Source of the DNA: Parcubacteria group bacterium | GTDB taxonomy: Bacteria; Patescibacteriota; Minisyncoccia; UBA6257; JACRHW01 | Assembly: GCA_016217555.1 (NCBI GenBank) | Contig: JACRHW010000017.1 | Span: forward strand, 5,093-69,092 | Length of the DNA stretch: 64,000 nucleotides | Direction of reading: 5' to 3' | Shown here: one piece after another, positions 62,714 to 64,000 of the stretch | Position numbering within the stretch: the stretch's first letter is position 1 | How the letters are laid out: the number at the start of each line of letters is the position of its first letter | Made by a program: the position numbers and the translations under genes | Notes under the pieces: model-generated | Told to the model about the DNA's origin: nothing | The model's input: the letters and a program-made list of their open reading frames with translations, nothing else | Databases searched by the model: none

Positions 62714-63568
62714 ATGCGACTAGATAGTTTTGAGAGTAAGTTAAAGAGTTTGGGAGAAAATCCTGAAAAAAGTTTGTTGATGGAGATCGCTTCTGATATT
62801 GGAGATGAATTACCTCGAAATAGGTGGGAAGTAGTACGAGAGGCGAGGTCTTTAATGGCGGCGTGTAGGGAGCATCTTGGTGATAGTGAGGAGGCATGGC
62901 TTGCTAGGGGATATTTGATGGCGTTGTGTAATGTATGTGCTTCTTTTGAGGCTTATGAAAGAGATCAAAAAGTGATTAAGACATACAAGCCGATTCTCTT
63001 CGTCGATTTTGACGGCACCTTGTGCCACGACAGATTTTGGAGGAGCATGCCTCCAAACGAGCAGAATGCAATTCAGAAATGGCTATTTCAGGAAAACAAA
63101 GATTTGGTTCGCATGTGGATGGTTGGTGGTTGTACAAGCGAAGAGATAAATCATTGTATTGCTGATCAGCTCAACATTCCTTTTGAGAGACTTTGGGAGG
63201 TGTTTGTGCGAGATTGTAAAAGTATGGTTGTCTCTTCTTCTGTTCTCGAAAATCTTGTACTACTGAGGTCACGATTTGAGCTCGTACTCCTTACTGATAA
63301 TATGGATTGTTTTACCCGGTTTGCAGTACCAGCCCTTAATTTGTGGAAGTATTTTGATAGGATTATAAATTCGTATAACGAAAGGATGTCAAAACGAGAA
63401 CTACTTCTTTGTCTTATTCCCGAGTCTTTAAGAAAATTAAGTATCATCATCGATGATTCCCACGGTATATGTGAGTTATTTGAACAATTGGGTGGCGTAT
63501 CTTGTTTGGTTACAGCTGGACAAGACATCGATTATCATATCGACATATTATTGCGTAGGGATAGGTAA
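62714..63568 (+). CDS. HAD-like hydrolase with about 90-aa N-terminal extension
   Basis: LFVDFDGTLCHD (DxDGT), LLTDN, IIIDDSHG. Confidence 0.6.
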   Translation: MRLDSFESKLKSLGENPEKSLLMEIASDIGDELPRNRWEVVREARSLMAACREHLGDSEEAWLARGYLMALCNVCASFEAYERDQKVIKTYKPILFVDFDGTLCHDRFWRSMPPNEQNAIQKWLFQENKDLVRMWMVGGCTSEEINHCIADQLNIPFERLWEVFVRDCKSMVVSSSVLENLVLLRSRFELVLLTDNMDCFTRFAVPALNLWKYFDRIINSYNERMSKRELLLCLIPESLRKLSIIIDDSHGICELFEQLGGVSCLVTAGQDIDYHIDILLRRDR

Positions 63569-63614
63569 AAATACAGAAGGGAGCTTAGCGGCTCTCTTTT
63601 TTTGCATTGCATCT

Positions 63615-63735
63615 AGCGCTGTTCGATAACCTCGCATTTGTCATTCCCGCGTAGGCGAGAATCCAGGTTTTTTCATACTCTGGATCCCCGGGTCAAGCCC
63701 GAGGATGACAGAATTGTGGAGTTATCAAACAGCGC
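63615..63735. mobile_element. MITE-like element, family H copy 3 (same outer TIR, family-G palindrome inside)
   Basis: agcgctgttcgataacctc ... ggagttatcaaacagcgc around gtcattcccgcgtaggcgagaatccag...ctggatccccgggtcaagcccgaggatgac. Confidence 0.7.
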
Positions 63736-63846
63736 CCGCCCTTAAGTATTGACAAATCCACAAAAACTGGTATTCTCAACCCAGTACACGATGCTAGTTT
63801 CTATTAATGAAAAAGCATCAAAAAACAAGAAAAAGGAGAACCAACA

Positions 63847-64000
63847 ATGAGTAACGAACGGTTGATGCTCGATGTTGGACAAGCCAATGAGTTGAAACTC
63901 GCCTTTCGGCGAGGCAACTGGACAAACAAGGAGATCAAGGTTCTTTTGGAAGGCGATATGCTTACTCGAGTGCGAGAGGTAATACTTGGTCGTTCAGAAA
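63847..64000 (+). CDS. hypothetical protein, 5' part (runs off window)
   Basis: ATG with AAAGGAG SD, TTGACA-type promoter about 90 nt upstream; open to window end. Confidence 0.5.
   Translation, partial: MSNERLMLDVGQANELKLAFRRGNWTNKEIKVLLEGDMLTRVREVILGRSE

Overview
AT-rich, gene-dense bacterial chromosome segment that uses the standard genetic code. TGA terminates many conserved genes, and the tRNA-Trp has a CCA anticodon. Gene content (short EF-Ts, scattered housekeeping genes, many small membrane or unknown proteins) and the repeat vocabulary (PELVEG-type and VIPA/GMT-type palindromes) suggest a Patescibacteria/CPR (Parcubacteria-like) genome; this is inference only. I support about 68 CDS, 7 intact tRNA genes and 1 disrupted tRNA gene. 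There is no rRNA and no CRISPR array. Confident housekeeping calls are glyA, folD, tatD, leuS, trmD, secD, secF, efp, htrA-like, clpB, rpmE, rpsB, tsf, rpmG, dgkA-like and guaB. Other family-level calls include a partial P1B-like ATPase, M50 protease, SIMPL, DedA, PAP2, a FAD oxidase, HAD hydrolases and a patatin-like lipase. Accessory or unknown content includes a decayed MNT/HepT toxin-antitoxin pair, an orphan HslV/proteasome-like Thr peptidase, and a two-gene membrane protein plus VirD4/TraD-like ATPase module with a zinc-ribbon fusion. It also includes two HExxH paralogs, two tandem 658-aa O-antigen-ligase-like/TPR paralogs, a 1096-aa cell-surface protein and a free-standing LAGLIDADG-like ORF between tRNAs. 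The most unusual locus is 51478-51819. A tRNA-Thr(UGU) gene is split inside its anticodon by a 166-bp structured insert that carries a second, intact tRNA-Thr(UGU), and the same gene was then hit by a 99-bp TIR element with a 4-bp target duplication. The window also carries many small palindromic repeat families. Some are MITE-like with target duplications. One has compensatory stem changes between copies. Others are low-complexity 'word' hairpins that fill intergenic gaps and also occur in frame inside leuS, trmD and a membrane protein. All calls come from reading the sequence and ORF translations; no database search was possible.
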